Positions 38,310 through 51,200 of a stretch of DNA of 64,000 nt are shown piece by piece; within the stretch, counting starts at the first letter, position 1, and the number at the start of each line of letters is the position of its first letter. The stretch is from Octopus sinensis. Taxonomy: Eukaryota. The stretch is taken from contig NC_043004.1 of assembly GCF_006345805.1 (NCBI RefSeq), forward strand, positions 56,048,001 to 56,112,000, in the 5' to 3' direction. A model generated the notes under the pieces. It did no database searches. It had not been told where the DNA came from and saw only the letters and a list, made by a program, of their open reading frames with translations. Both the position numbers and the translations under genes were made by a program.

Positions 38310-41204
38310 AATGATTATGATACTCTAAAAATGAGCATAATCAAAGAATTGAAGAACATCGATCTCTGTATGGACCCCCGATTGTACTTTACAAAAATTA
38401 AAATTGATAATGAAACATCAATAATGAATAGCATGAACCTGGTCGTCACAGAACTAATAGCCTCCGAAACAAATGTCAATATGACAAGGCTAAATGGTAT
38501 AATATATGCATCAGCCTCTGTGGCCGCAGAAGCTGGATACCCCCTAAAACCCATTCAAGCTGGAGCATCACCACCCAAACAAACCCCGTGGATAAATAAT
38601 ATCCAGAAAACAATGGAAAATAAGAGAAATGATCTGTCAATCCTTAATGAAACTGGCAGACAATCAGCACTACTAAGCAACAAAACGAGAAGAAAAGTAT
38701 TACATAAATGCAAAATTACAGACGAAGGTACACCTGAGGTAAAAGAACAGCTAAAGCAAAATATCCTCACCAAAGCACAAAGAATTCGTCAACGTTTCTT
38801 TGAACAAAACAAACAGTTCAACTCCAACCTCAAAAACTTGATAAAAATAAAATAGAGATTAATGCATCACTAACAGCAGAAATGGAAGAATTTTGGAAAC
38901 AAATATGGTTGGCGAAGGAACAACTTCAGGAAAGATCTATCAAAACACAGCCCCTGAACAACTCTAGACCTCTATAACAATTGAAGAAGTCACCCAGGCA
39001 CTGCTAAAACTAAGCCACTAGAAGGCAGCCGGGCACATGATCCCCGAACCGAACACAAAAAGCTGGCTGAGAATTTTAATGAAATACTAGCAGAGTTAGA
39101 GACAATGCCTGAATGGCTCACAGAAGAGAAAAATATCCTAATTCCCAAATTCGCTGAAAAGGCAAACCTTCAAAATTACAGACTGATAACTTGTTTCTCT
39201 ACAATTTACAAAGCCTTTACTGCAATAATATCGCAGAGAATCAGCAAATATCTGGAAGAAAACAACCTGTTTCCAGAAGAGCAGGAGGGTTGCTGCAAGG
39301 GCTCCCACGGCTGTAAAGATCAGCTACTGATCAATAAAGGCATTACTTGAGACAGCCGCAGAAAGAAAAAGTGTCTACGTATGGCCTGGATCGATTACCG
39401 AAAGGCGTTTGATTGTAGTCCCCACACATTGATCCTAGAAACACTAGCAATGAACAAGGTAGCACCAATAATCATAAAACGTATAAAATATCCTATTAAT
39501 AAACGGCAGTGCTATAGCTCCAGACAAAAGAGGGACTCGTAAAAACCAAAGCCATCCCCGTTAGAAGAGAAATATTCCAGGGAGACTCGCTCTCTCCACT
39601 CCTTATCTGCTTGGCACTGACACCTATATCTGACATGCTAAACTGAACTGGATGTGGATACAACTGTTACAGCAAAATGATCAACCACCTCTTATATACA
39701 GTAAACCTGGATACAGTAAACCTGTACGCTACAAATGATAAACAGCTGGAAACATTACCACAGACAGTACATGGATTCGCCAAAGAAATAAACATTAAAT
39801 TTGGCTGAGAAAAGTGTGCTAAATCAACCTCGAAAAGAGGAAAACTAGTTAAGTAGTTAAGAGGAACAATATCACACTAGATAAAGCAAGTGAAATAAGT
39901 GACTTAGACCAAAGCTAGACATACAAATACTTAGGAATCAATGAACTAGTTACGATACAACACACACAAATGAAAACGAAAATAAGAAAAGATTAATACC
40001 GAAAGCATTGCTCAATGCGAAAAACAAGATAATAGGTATCAACACTCTAGCCGTCCTACTTATAAGTTACAGCTACAATATTCTTAAATGGACTCTAAAT
40101 GAGCTAATCAAAATAGACAGGAAGGCAAGAAAAATAATGACAGGATTTAAGATGTACAACCCAAAATCTGACATTGAATGATTATATATACAACGTATCA
40201 AAGGTGGTAGAGGCGTTATACAGCTGGATATCTATTACAAAATAACCACCATAGAACTACAGAAATACCTATTCGAGAAGCAGGGAAAACTAGTACAAAT
40301 AGCCACAAAACACGAAGAAAACAAAAAACTGTTTTCAGTCTTTAAGGAAGCTGACAAATACAAATTATAATACCTAATAACTATGAAGAAAAAGATGAAT
40401 CAATGAAATTTGTAAAACAACTGAAATCCAAACTAAAACTGAAACAGCAACATAACCTGATAAAACGATGGCAAGGAAAGCAGAGACTGAAGGATTTTTA
40501 ATTGCAGCATAAGCTCAAATCCTTCCCACCAGAGATTATGAAAAAGCGTGTAATGAAAAGACATAAAAGTAACTGCAGAATATGTGGAGATGGAGGAGAA
40601 ACAATAAATCATATTGTCTCTGGTTGCCCAGTCCTGACTAAGAAAGAATATATTCACAGACAGGACAGAGTTGGGACCTATATACACTGGAAGTTATGCC
40701 AACACTGGAATAACAACAGAAAAAAGATGGTATAGGCATACACCAGCGGGAGGAACAGAAAACGAGAAAGCTGCTATACTCTGGGATATTCCAATAGACA
40801 CAGATAAAGAAATTAATGCCAATAGTCTGGATATAGTTGTCAGAGTTCATCAAGGAAAAAATGATGCTTATTAATTGATGTATCAATACCAATAGGTAAC
40901 AATATTTATCTAAAACAAATGGAAATAGAAGTAGCTCGAATGTGGAGTCTAAATAGTGGTAACTCGAATCTAAAAACAGAAACAATTCCTATCATAGTAG
41001 GCGCATTAGGAATGATAAAAAATATTCACACAAATACATAACAAAAACACAATGACTAATAACTATATATAATATACAGAAAATAACACCACTAGGCACC
41101 GCGTACATCCTGCGTAAAACATTTTCAGTACAGTAAAAATAAGAGCATCACACAGAGCTGCACTCGGTAGTGCAGTGAAAGCACGTGATAAAAATAAGCT
41201 ACTG
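38310..41204 (+). mobile_element. Old degenerate R4/Dong-like LINE (family B)
   Basis: NYRLITC, GCKDQLLIN, AWIDYRKAFD, QGDSLSPL, CRICGDGGETINHIVSGC. 3' UTR matches 47581-47678. (TAA)n tail at 41205-41270. Many stops. Confidence 0.9.
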
Positions 41205-41235
41205 ATTAATAATGATAATAATAATAATAATAATA

Positions 41236-41271
<36 letters not shown>

Positions 41272-41286
41272 GATAAGATAAGATAG

Positions 41287-43276
41287 TAAGATAGCACCTG
41301 CTCTGCGAAACTTTTTGTCTGTAAGTATGAGATCATGGAGAACCACACTAACTTTGAACAGTGACAATGAATCTCTAAATGCTGGTGATGTAAAAATTTC
41401 ATGTGGCATTTTTCAGGGTGACTCACTATCACCACTCCTCTTCTGTTTAGCCTTAATACCTCTCTCAAAACTGCTCAATGACGCGCAGTACGGGTATAAA
41501 AAGTTTGATAAAAATATAAATCATCTCATTTACATGGATGATTTAAAGCTCTTTGCAAAACATGACCAACAATTCAAGGGCTTACTAGCGATTGTCAAAC
41601 AATTCAGTGATGACATCAAAATGCAATTTGGCCTCGATAAGTGTGCAAAAGCTACCTTTATCAAAGGAAAAATGACAGAAACATCTAACGTTAACCTTGA
41701 CCAGCAGAATGTCATAAAAGAATTAGACCCAGCAGAGAACTACAAGTATCTAGGGGTAGTTGAAGGAGAAGGAATAAGGCATTCAGAGATGAAGGAAAGG
41801 ATCAGGAGAGAATGTTATCGCAGAGTAAGAGCAATAATCAAGACAGAGCTGAATGCGAGAAACAGGATCGAAGCGATCAATGCATTAGCCATACCAGTTG
41901 TGACTTACAGTTTCAATATCGTTAACTGGTCAATTACTGAAATATGTAATCTTGACAGAAAAATTCGAAAACTGTTGACAATGCATAGAATGCACCACCC
42001 TAAGGCAGATACAGAACGACTTTATCTGCCAAGAAAAGAGGGAGGCCGTGGACTTTTACAACTGGCAATAACAATGAAGATTGCTACAATTGGCCTAGAC
42101 ACCTACCTGAAAAACTCTGCGGACTGGATGTTAAAACTTGTCTCAAAACATGAAAACAAGAAAGCAGGCAAAGGAATATCTAAGTGAATTCCGAATACAA
42201 CAAATTTCGGAATTAGAGATAGACATACAAGAAACAGGCACAGAAAAAGCTAAGCGCATGAAAACCCGTGCTAAATCTGCAGCCTTAGATATTCTGAATG
42301 ATAAATGGCAAGAAAAACCTCTCTATGGCAAATACCCAAAGAGAGCAAATAATGCAGATGTTGACAAAGCCCTGACCCATCAATGGCTAATGGCGTCTAG
42401 CTTAAAATCTGAAACAGAGGGGTTTATCATAGCAGCTCAAGATCAATGCCTACCAACAAGAAACTACCAGGCCAACATATTAAAGATCAGAAGCAGTCCA
42501 ACGTGTCGTGTATGCCAGCAACAAAATGAAACCATTGACCATGTGGTCTCCAAGTGCAGTCTTCTAGCGCATACAGAGTATCTCAACAGACACGATAGAG
42601 CTGCACAATATATTCACTGGGTAATCTGCAAAAACCTGGATTTGCCCCATGAAAAAAACTGGTGGGAACACAAACCACCCCCAGTGCTTGAAAATGACCA
42701 CATCTCACTCCTCTGGAACTTCACCATTCAAACTGACAGAAAGATAGATGCAAATAGGCCAGACATCATATTGAAAGACTTCAAACAAAGAACATGCCTC
42801 CTCATTGATATGACTGTCCCAATCGATATAAACGTATCTGTCAAGACCTACCAAAAACTGAGCAAATATAAAGATCTTGAAAGAGAAATCAGCAAAATGT
42901 GGAACCTGAAGACTAAAACAATACCTGTTGTCATAGGTGCCCTGGGAATGATAGCAAAAGGGGCTGATAGCTACCTAACTCAAATACCAGGAAACCCCAA
43001 AATGGCAGAAATTCAAAAGATAATGCTCATGGGAACTGCTCATATCCTACGCAAAATACTTTCTATGTAATCTCAAGGTTTAAAACAAACATAATTTTCG
43101 GTTTTAAAAAAAAAAAAAATAAATAAATAAATTTTTTTTTTAGACATTCATTAGTACAACACCAAAAACTCCCCCCCCCAATATATGGCACACTAGGCAT
43201 AACAACAACTTGAACTTCCAACCTGTTGTCTCTTGAGGTCTCTGGGTGAGACTTGGAGCCAACTTGTACAGAATAG
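41287..43276 (+). mobile_element. 5'-truncated R4/Dong-like LINE (family A), copy 1
   Basis: RT motifs GIFQGDSLSPLLF, YMDDLK, KYLG. CCHC CRVCQQQNETIDHVVSKC, RHD, RLE PDIILKD...IDMTVP...KLSKY. (TAA)n on both sides. 20-bp deletion at 42166. Confidence 0.95.
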
Positions 43277-43293
43277 AATAATAATAATAATAA

Positions 43294-43351
<58 letters not shown>

Positions 43352-43366
43352 GATAAGATAAGATAG

Positions 43367-45356
43367 TAAGATAGCACCTGCTCTGCGAAACTTTTTGTCT
43401 GTAAGTATGAGATCATGGAGAACCACACTAACTTTGAACAGTGACAATGAATCTCTAAATGCTGGTGATGTAAAAATTTCATGTGGCATTTTTCAGGGTG
43501 ACTCACTATCACCACTCCTCTTCTGTTTAGCCTTAATACCTCTCTCAAAACTGCTCAATGACGCGCAGTACGGGTATAAAAAGTTTGATAAAAATATAAA
43601 TCATCTCATTTACATGGATGATTTAAAGCTCTTTGCAAAACATGACCAACAATTCAAGGGCTTACTAGCGATTGTCAAACAATTCAGTGATGACATCAAA
43701 ATGCAATTTGGCCTCGATAAGTGTGCAAAAGCTACCTTTATCAAAGGAAAAATGACAGAAACATCTAACGTTAACCTTGACCAGCAGAATGTCATAAAAG
43801 AATTAGACCCAGCAGAGAACTACAAGTATCTAGGGGTAGTTGAAGGAGAAGGAATAAGGCATTCAGAGATGAAGGAAAGGATCAGGAGAGAATGTTATCG
43901 CAGAGTAAGAGCAATAATCAAGACAGAGCTGAATGCGAGAAACAGGATCGAAGCGATCAATGCATTAGCCATACCAGTTGTGACTTACAGTTTCAATATC
44001 GTTAACTGGTCAATTACTGAAATATGTAATCTTGACAGAAAAATTCGAAAACTGTTGACAATGCATAGAATGCACCACCCTAAGGCAGATACAGAACGAC
44101 TTTATCTGCCAAGAAAAGAGGGAGGCCGTGGACTTTTACAACTGGCAATAACAATGAAGATTGCTACAATTGGCCTAGACACCTACCTGAAAAACTCTGC
44201 GGACTGGATGTTAAAACTTGTCTCAAAACATGAAAACAAGAAAGCAGGCAAAGGAATATCTAAGTGAATTCCGAATACAACAAATTTCGGAATTAGAGAT
44301 AGACATACAAGAAACAGGCACAGAAAAAGCTAAGCGCATGAAAACCCGTGCTAAATCTGCAGCCTTAGATATTCTGAATGATAAATGGCAAGAAAAACCT
44401 CTCTATGGCAAATACCCAAAGAGAGCAAATAATGCAGATGTTGACAAAGCCCTGACCCATCAATGGCTAATGGCGTCTAGCTTAAAATCTGAAACAGAGG
44501 GGTTATCATAGCAGCTCAAGATCAATGCCTACCAACAAGAAACTACCAGGCCAACATATTAAAGATCAGAAGCAGTCCAACGTGTCGTGTATGCCAGCAA
44601 CAAAATGAAACCATTGACCATGTGGTCTCCAAGTGCAGTCTTCTAGCGCATACAGAGTATCTCAACAGACACGATAGAGCTGCACAATATATTCACTGGG
44701 TAATCTGCAAAAACCTGGATTTGCCCCATGAAAAAAACTGGTGGGAACACAAACCACCCCCAGTGCTTGAAAATGACCACATCTCACTCCTCTGGAACTT
44801 CACCATTCAAACTGACAGAAAGATAGATGCAAATAGGCCAGACATCATATTGAAAGACTTCAAACAAAGAACATGCCTCCTCATTGATATGACTGTCCCA
44901 ATCGATATAAACGTATCTGTCAAGACCTACCAAAAACTGAGCAAATATAAAGATCTTGAAAGAGAAATCAGCAAAATGTGGAACCTGAAGACTAAAACAA
45001 TACCTGTTGTCATAGGTGCCCTGGGAATGATAGCAAAAGGGGCTGATAGCTACCTAACTCAAATACCAGGAAACCCCAAAATGGCAGAAATTCAAAAGAT
45101 AATGCTCATGGGAACTGCTCATATCCTACGCAAAATACTTTCTATGTAATCTCAAGGTTTAAAACAAACATAATTTTCGGTTTTAAAAAAAAAAAAAATA
45201 AATAAATAAATTTTTTTTTTAGACATTCATTAGTACAACACCAAAAACTCCCCCCCCCAATATATGGCACACTAGGCATAACAACAACTTGAACTTCCAA
45301 CCTGTTGTCTCTTGAGGTCTCTGGGTGAGACTTGGAGCCAACTTGTACAGAATAGA
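43367..45356 (+). mobile_element. 5'-truncated R4/Dong-like LINE (family A), copy 2
   Basis: Essentially identical to copy 1 at a 2080-bp offset, with an extra 1-bp indel near 44503. Confidence 0.93.
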
Positions 45357-45372
45357 ATAATAATAATAATAA

Positions 45373-45420
<48 letters not shown>

Positions 45421-45544
45421 TCGCAATAATAATTATATTAATAATAATAATAATAATAATATTGGAGCCAACTTGTACAAAATAGAATAATAATAATAAT
45501 AAGTAATAATAATAATAATATCGCAATAATAATAATAATAATAA

Positions 45545-47675
45545 TAATATCGCAAAGGCTGAACAAGCACCTGGACGAAAACAAACTGTTCCCAGAAGAG
45601 CAGAAAGGATGTCGCAAGGGCTCATATGGCTGTAAAGATCAACTAATGATTAATAAAGCCGTAACTGAAGACAGCCACAGAAAGAAGAAAGGCCTCAGTA
45701 TGGCCTGGATTGACTACAAAAAGGCGTTTGATAGCATCCCCCACACATGGATCCTCGAAACACTAGCCATTAACAAAGTAGCACCAACAATCATAAAATT
45801 CATAGAGCACTCTATGAATAAATGGCAAACAGTCCTACACCTCCAAACAAAAGAGGGACTCATGAAAACCAAAGACATCCCCGTTAGAAGAGGAATATTC
45901 CAGGGAGACACGCTCTCTCCACTCCTTTTCTGCTTGGCACTGTCACCTCTATCTGATATGCTAAATAGAACTGGATGCGGATATAAATGTTACAGCAAAA
46001 CGATCAGCCACCTTTTATATATGGATGACCTAAAACTATACGCTGCAAATGACAAACAGCTGGAAACACTATTAAAGACAGTTCATGGATTTACCAAAGA
46101 AATAGATATGAAATTTGGATTAGAAAAATGCGCCAAAGTAACCATGAAAAGAGGAAAACTAGTTAAGAGTAACAACATCACACTAGATAAAACCAATGAA
46201 ATAAAAGAATTAGACCAAAGCCAAACTTACAAATACTTAGGAATACATGAACTAAATAAGACACAACACACACAAATGAAAGAGAAAATAAAAAAAGAAT
46301 ATTATAGACGAGTTAGATCAATACTAAAAACAGAGCTCAATGCTCAAAACAAGATAATAGGTATCAACACTTTAGCTGTCCCAGTTATAAGTTACAGCTA
46401 CAATATCCTTAACTGGACACGAAATGAACTGTCCAAAATAGATAGGAAAACAAGAAAAATACTGACAGGATCTAGGATGCATCACCCAAAATCTGACATA
46501 GAAAGACTATATATACAACGTATAGAAGGTGGTAGAGGCCTTATACAGCTGGAAAACTACTATAAAATAACCACCATAGGACTGCAAAAATACCTACTTC
46601 AGAAGGAAGGAAAACTGATCCAGATAGCAGCAAAACACGAGCAAAACAAAAAACTGTTCTCAGTATTTAAGGAAGCTGACAAATACAAACAAGATATCAT
46701 ACCACATAATAAACACAAAGAAGAAGAAGAAGAAGATGAAGAAACAACAAAAGCTATAAAACAAATGAAATCCAAACTAAAAATAGAACAGCAACGAGCC
46801 ATGATAAAACGATGGCAAGAAAAGCCCCTTCATGGTAAATACTGCACTAAACTAAACGCAAAAGAAATAGACAAAGAAAAATCCCAGCAATGGTTGAGAA
46901 GCTCAGGACTCAAAGCAGAAACAGAGGGATTTTTAATTGCAGCACAAGACCAAAGCCTCCCCACCAGAAATTACCAAAAACATGTAATGAAAAGAAATAT
47001 TACAAGTAACTGCAGAATATGTGGAGATGGACAAGAAACAATAAATCATATTATCTCTAGCTGCCCAGTCCTGGCTAAGAAGGAATATATTCACAGACAT
47101 GACAGAGTTGGAACCTACATACATTGGAAGCTATGCCAACATTATGGAATAACAACAGAAAAAAGATGGTATAGGCACACACCAGAAAAAGTCACAGAAA
47201 ACGAGAAAGCAACCATACTCTGGGATATGCCGATACACACAGATAGAGAAATTAAGGCCAACAGACCAGATATAGTTGTCAGAGATCATGAAGAAAAAAA
47301 AATGCTTTCTAATTGATGTATCAATACCGGCAGATGACAACGTGTCTCTAAAAGAAATGGAGAAACTCTCAAAATACAAAGACCTGGAAATAGAGGTAAC
47401 TAGAATGTGGAACCTGAAAACAGAAACAATTCCTATCATAGTAGGTGCATTAGGCATGATAAAAAAATATTCAGACAAATACATAACAAAAACACCAGGA
47501 CTTACAAACACATATAACATACAGAAAATTGCACTACTAGGCACTGCACACATCCTACGCAGAACACTTTCCATACAATAACCATCAGAGCATCACAACA
47601 AATCACAGCACATACCCAAGGCACACAGAGCTGCGCTCGGTAGTGAAGTGAAAGCACGCTATAAAAATAAAACTA

Positions 47676-47678
<3 letters not shown>
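45545..47678 (+). mobile_element. 5'-truncated young R4/Dong-like LINE (family B)
   Basis: ORF 45646-47316 (AWIDYKKAFD, QGDTLSPLLF, YMDDLK, CRICGDGQETINHIISSC, RHD, RPDIV) continues after one A-run frameshift as 47276-47581. (TAA)n tail at 47679-47767. Confidence 0.95.
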
Positions 47679-47730
<52 letters not shown>

Positions 47731-47766
47731 TAATAATAATAATAATGATAAAAATAATAATAATAA

Positions 47767-48000
47767 TCTTTCTACTAAAGGCACCAGGTCTGATACCTTT
47801 GGTGAGAGGGTAAGTCGACTGCATCGACTCCAGTACTGGTAGTTAATTTGTCGACCCCGAAAGAATGAGAGGCAAAGTCGGCCTCGGCGGAATTTGAACT
47901 AAGCAAAATGCTTGGGGATATTTTGCCTGTTAGCACACCAGGCAAAATACTCTGAAACATTTTCCTCAGCTGTGCTAACGATTCTGCCTGCTCGCCGCCT
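47767..48000 (-). mobile_element. SINE family 2 whose 3' tail merges with the (TAA)n tract
   Basis: GGCAAAGTCGGCCTCGGCGGAATTTGAAC...CTGCCTGCTCGCCGCCTT is the reverse head. 3' end CTTTCTACT abuts the TAA repeats. Confidence 0.8.
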
Positions 48001-48057
48001 TTCTTCTTACCAATATTCATAACACTATTGCATTATTGATAATGCGCTATTATCAAT

Positions 48058-48272
48058 AAGACGGCGAGCTGGCAGAAACGTTAGCATGCCGGGCGAAATG
48101 CTTAGCAGTATTTCGTCTGTCTTTACGTTCTGAGTTCAAATTCCGTCGAGGTCGAGTTTGCCTTTCATCCTTTCGGAGTCGATAAATTAAGTACCAGTTG
48201 CGTACTGGGGTCAATCTAATTGACTGGTGTCCTCTCTCAAAATTTCGGGCCTTGAGCCCAGAGTAGAAAACA
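48058..48272 (+). mobile_element. SINE family 2
   Basis: Full head-core-tail similarity to 5953-6357. Confidence 0.88.
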
Positions 48273-48465
48273 ATATTCTATTATTAATATTATGTCACAA
48301 AACAAGACGGTGAGCGGATAGCATTGTTAGCAGGCCGGACAAAATATTTCACGGTAGTTCTTCCGGCAGAGGTCGTTGTTGCATTTAATCCTTTCAGAAT
48401 CGATGAAATAAGTGACAGTCGTTTAACACCCTCGCCCAAAATTTCTTACCTTATGCATACATTCT

Positions 48466-49331
48466 ATTAGCAGTATAGCCCGGCGTTGCTCGGGTTTGTT
48501 TTTTAGTTGCGCTTAAAACGACAGACTTATGTCGTGTTAACAAAGTTTTGACATAGTTTCAATCTATGAATAAAAGTATAGTGTGGCGATGCTCGAGTTT
48601 GCTCTGAATGTGCTACCAATGTGTAATGCCGACTTCAGTTGTTGGTATTATTGGTTAGTATTCTTTCTATTAACGTTATGGAGAAACAAATTACCCGTAG
48701 ATTTAAAGCAACATGAAGCTCAAGTTTCGAACTGCACTGAAAATCTATTAAGAAGTTAACACTGCAACAGTATTCATTAAGAAAAAGTACAAGAAAATCC
48801 AAAACGTTAGTAAGAACAGTTTGTGGTTACAAATAAACCAAAAAATATTATTTTGAAGCCAAACGGATGGGCAACATAAATCGTGGTTGTACCTGTAAAA
48901 TGAATAAAATCGACTATTTTACATCACGTATAACTAAAAAAAATCTGTAAAATCAAAACAAAATCTTTTCAACCCTTTAGAATTGAAATTTTTGAAATGT
49001 AAAACTTTTGCATTATGTAGCTTGTTATTCTCTTTGAGTGAACATTTTTCTGGTTGAAATACAACTAACAATGGCGACACAGCAGTCAATAATCATAAAA
49101 AATAGGGATTTTCATAGAAAAAAAGCACCTTTTTGATGTAAATAATTTGTGGTCGTAACATGGTCCGATTTGAATGTTTTCTTGTACAGAATGAAAAGCA
49201 AGCCTTCTTCTATCATACTCTCAATTTTAGTCAACTTGCGCCGCAGGGTCTCAGAGGACATAGTGTTAGTTGAAGGCTACCAAACCTGCCGCACACACAC
49301 ACAGACAACTTCAGCTTTATATATATATCGA
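48466..49331 (+). mobile_element. Helentron/HINE-like non-autonomous element
   Basis: 5' end TAGCAGTATAGCCCGGCGTTGCTCGGG (short hairpin). 3' end (CA)nGACAACTTCAGCTTTATATATAT. No ORF. Confidence 0.55.
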
Positions 49332-49994
49332 TTCCATCATAGTAGAAACTATTGATGATTTCATTTATCATACTATTCATTAATTGATTTTCTTATTCAT
49401 TTCAACTCACCTTACTCTTTTATATTATCTTCTGCCATGTATATTATATTACTTGCTGCCAAACTATATACATAAAAATTGTACAAGTGCCTATGTCTTT
49501 ATCTAAAATAAATCTTGAAACAGTTATGTCATACATAACATTAATAATTTTAATTAATGATTGCATTAAGTGCTTCCCTATTTTTAACTCAATATTTCAA
49601 GTTTCACTCAGACAATGTTACACTCTTACAATGATGTAATCAGTTGTTCTATCTTAATCAGTTATTTTAATATCTAGCTTATCTTTTATTGATTGCTACT
49701 AAATAGGATCCTGATAATTATTCTGAGTGTCTACCTGAACTTTGATATTATCTACTTCATTGTATATAAATTGCTTAATTTTGTATTAATAATTTATCAT
49801 GTTATTTTATCATGATTCTTTATGATGTCATTGCTAATTGTTTATTTATAGTGTTGTACTCTTATGTAGTTTTAGTATTCTCTAATGCAACACACACACA
49901 CACTTTATTTCCATTCCTGAGCGCCATACTAAAACAATTGTTTGTTTGTACTCCACCTGCCTTCGTCTTTTGTTTATTTTCGTAAAGCTTCCTG

Positions 49995-50047
<53 letters not shown>

Positions 50048-50300
50048 CATCATCACCAACAGCATCATCATCGTTATCATCATCATCCAGTCAGGTGACT
50101 TGCTCGGAGTTAGTGCAACTCCTCCGCGCCGGATGTCCCAATCAAGCGATGCAGCACGGACGTCTGGTGTTTTAGCCACATTGGCCGTCCACTCACTGAA
50201 ACATCTCATTTGTTCACGCCACGACTACAGCTGATAGCAGTAATTCGCGGACTGAATTGGTTGATCCTGAGCATTGATAGTTTGTTGTCTATTCATCTGC
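50048..50300 (-). mobile_element. Possible RTE-like LINE 3' end
   Basis: GC-richer segment ending in a (GAT)n tail on the minus strand. The clade call is weak. Confidence 0.35.
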
Positions 50301-50469
50301 TCATCGTCTAATGATATTCACCATTTATTCAATACTAGCTTAAAAGCTGCACTCTGTGCGGCCTCCTGCGCATGGCTAATTGGGCCTGAGGCACAAAACG
50401 AAATAGAGCGATAATAATAATGCATTTATTGGTACTCTACCAATATGGTATTACCCTACGGATATGATA

Positions 50470-51200
50470 TTACTTTAAATTCAGTTTAAATGAAAGACTT
50501 GTAAATTCACAAATTCTTTGAGTTCTTTTAAAATTTGAATTTTCAACCGTTAGCATATAACAAATGCTCATTCCGATGCTGGATGTTCCAGAACCAAATG
50601 AAGGGCAATTTTTCAATCCGCCAATATTTGGGAGACTCAGTGTTTGATAAAATCCTAAACAAAAAAAATCCAAAAGTGTAAGATCTGGTGATCTACCCGG
50701 CACATATCTGTTAACCCTGTATCAAAATCTATTTATTTGGAAAACGGTTGATGCCAATAATCCTTATAATTGTGTTATAATGGGGTGAGAAATCTTGTCG
50801 AATCATTAGAGTTCTTACAATATTATCTACAATTAAATCAGGTTTAGAGAATTGCAACAACTTTGGTAACTGTATCAGTGACTTGGACAAGAAAAAAGTG
50901 TCCATAAATTTTAGAAATGGGTTACTTTGCCACCAGTGCTGGACTAAATCCTTTAGATCCGTTTGGTAAAATATAACAATTCTGTACTCTTCCTCGTGTA
51001 TGTACTCTTCCTCGTGTATGAAACTTTGTTACATCGCTCAAAAAAGTGTTCTCCATTACGTTTTCATAGGGGATGAGTTAATCGAAAATTAGTTCATGTT
51101 AGACTCCTTGCACATAAGTCAGGTAAAGTTTGTAAATAATCCAATTATGTACATATTCAGAGTATATGAAAACAAAATATTTACTTCAAACTGTTTATAT
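50470..51200 (-). pseudogene. Degenerate Tc1/mariner-superfamily transposase fragment
   Basis: PGRSPDLTLLDFFCLG matches the WPPRSPDLxPLDFFLWG motif. Confidence 0.7.

Noticed and set aside
41205-47767. Repeat-spacer look and RT plus nuclease suggesting CRISPR, retron or DGR
   Set aside because: Eukaryotic context. The repeats are (TAA)n tails and the protein is a standard R4-clade RT-RLE.
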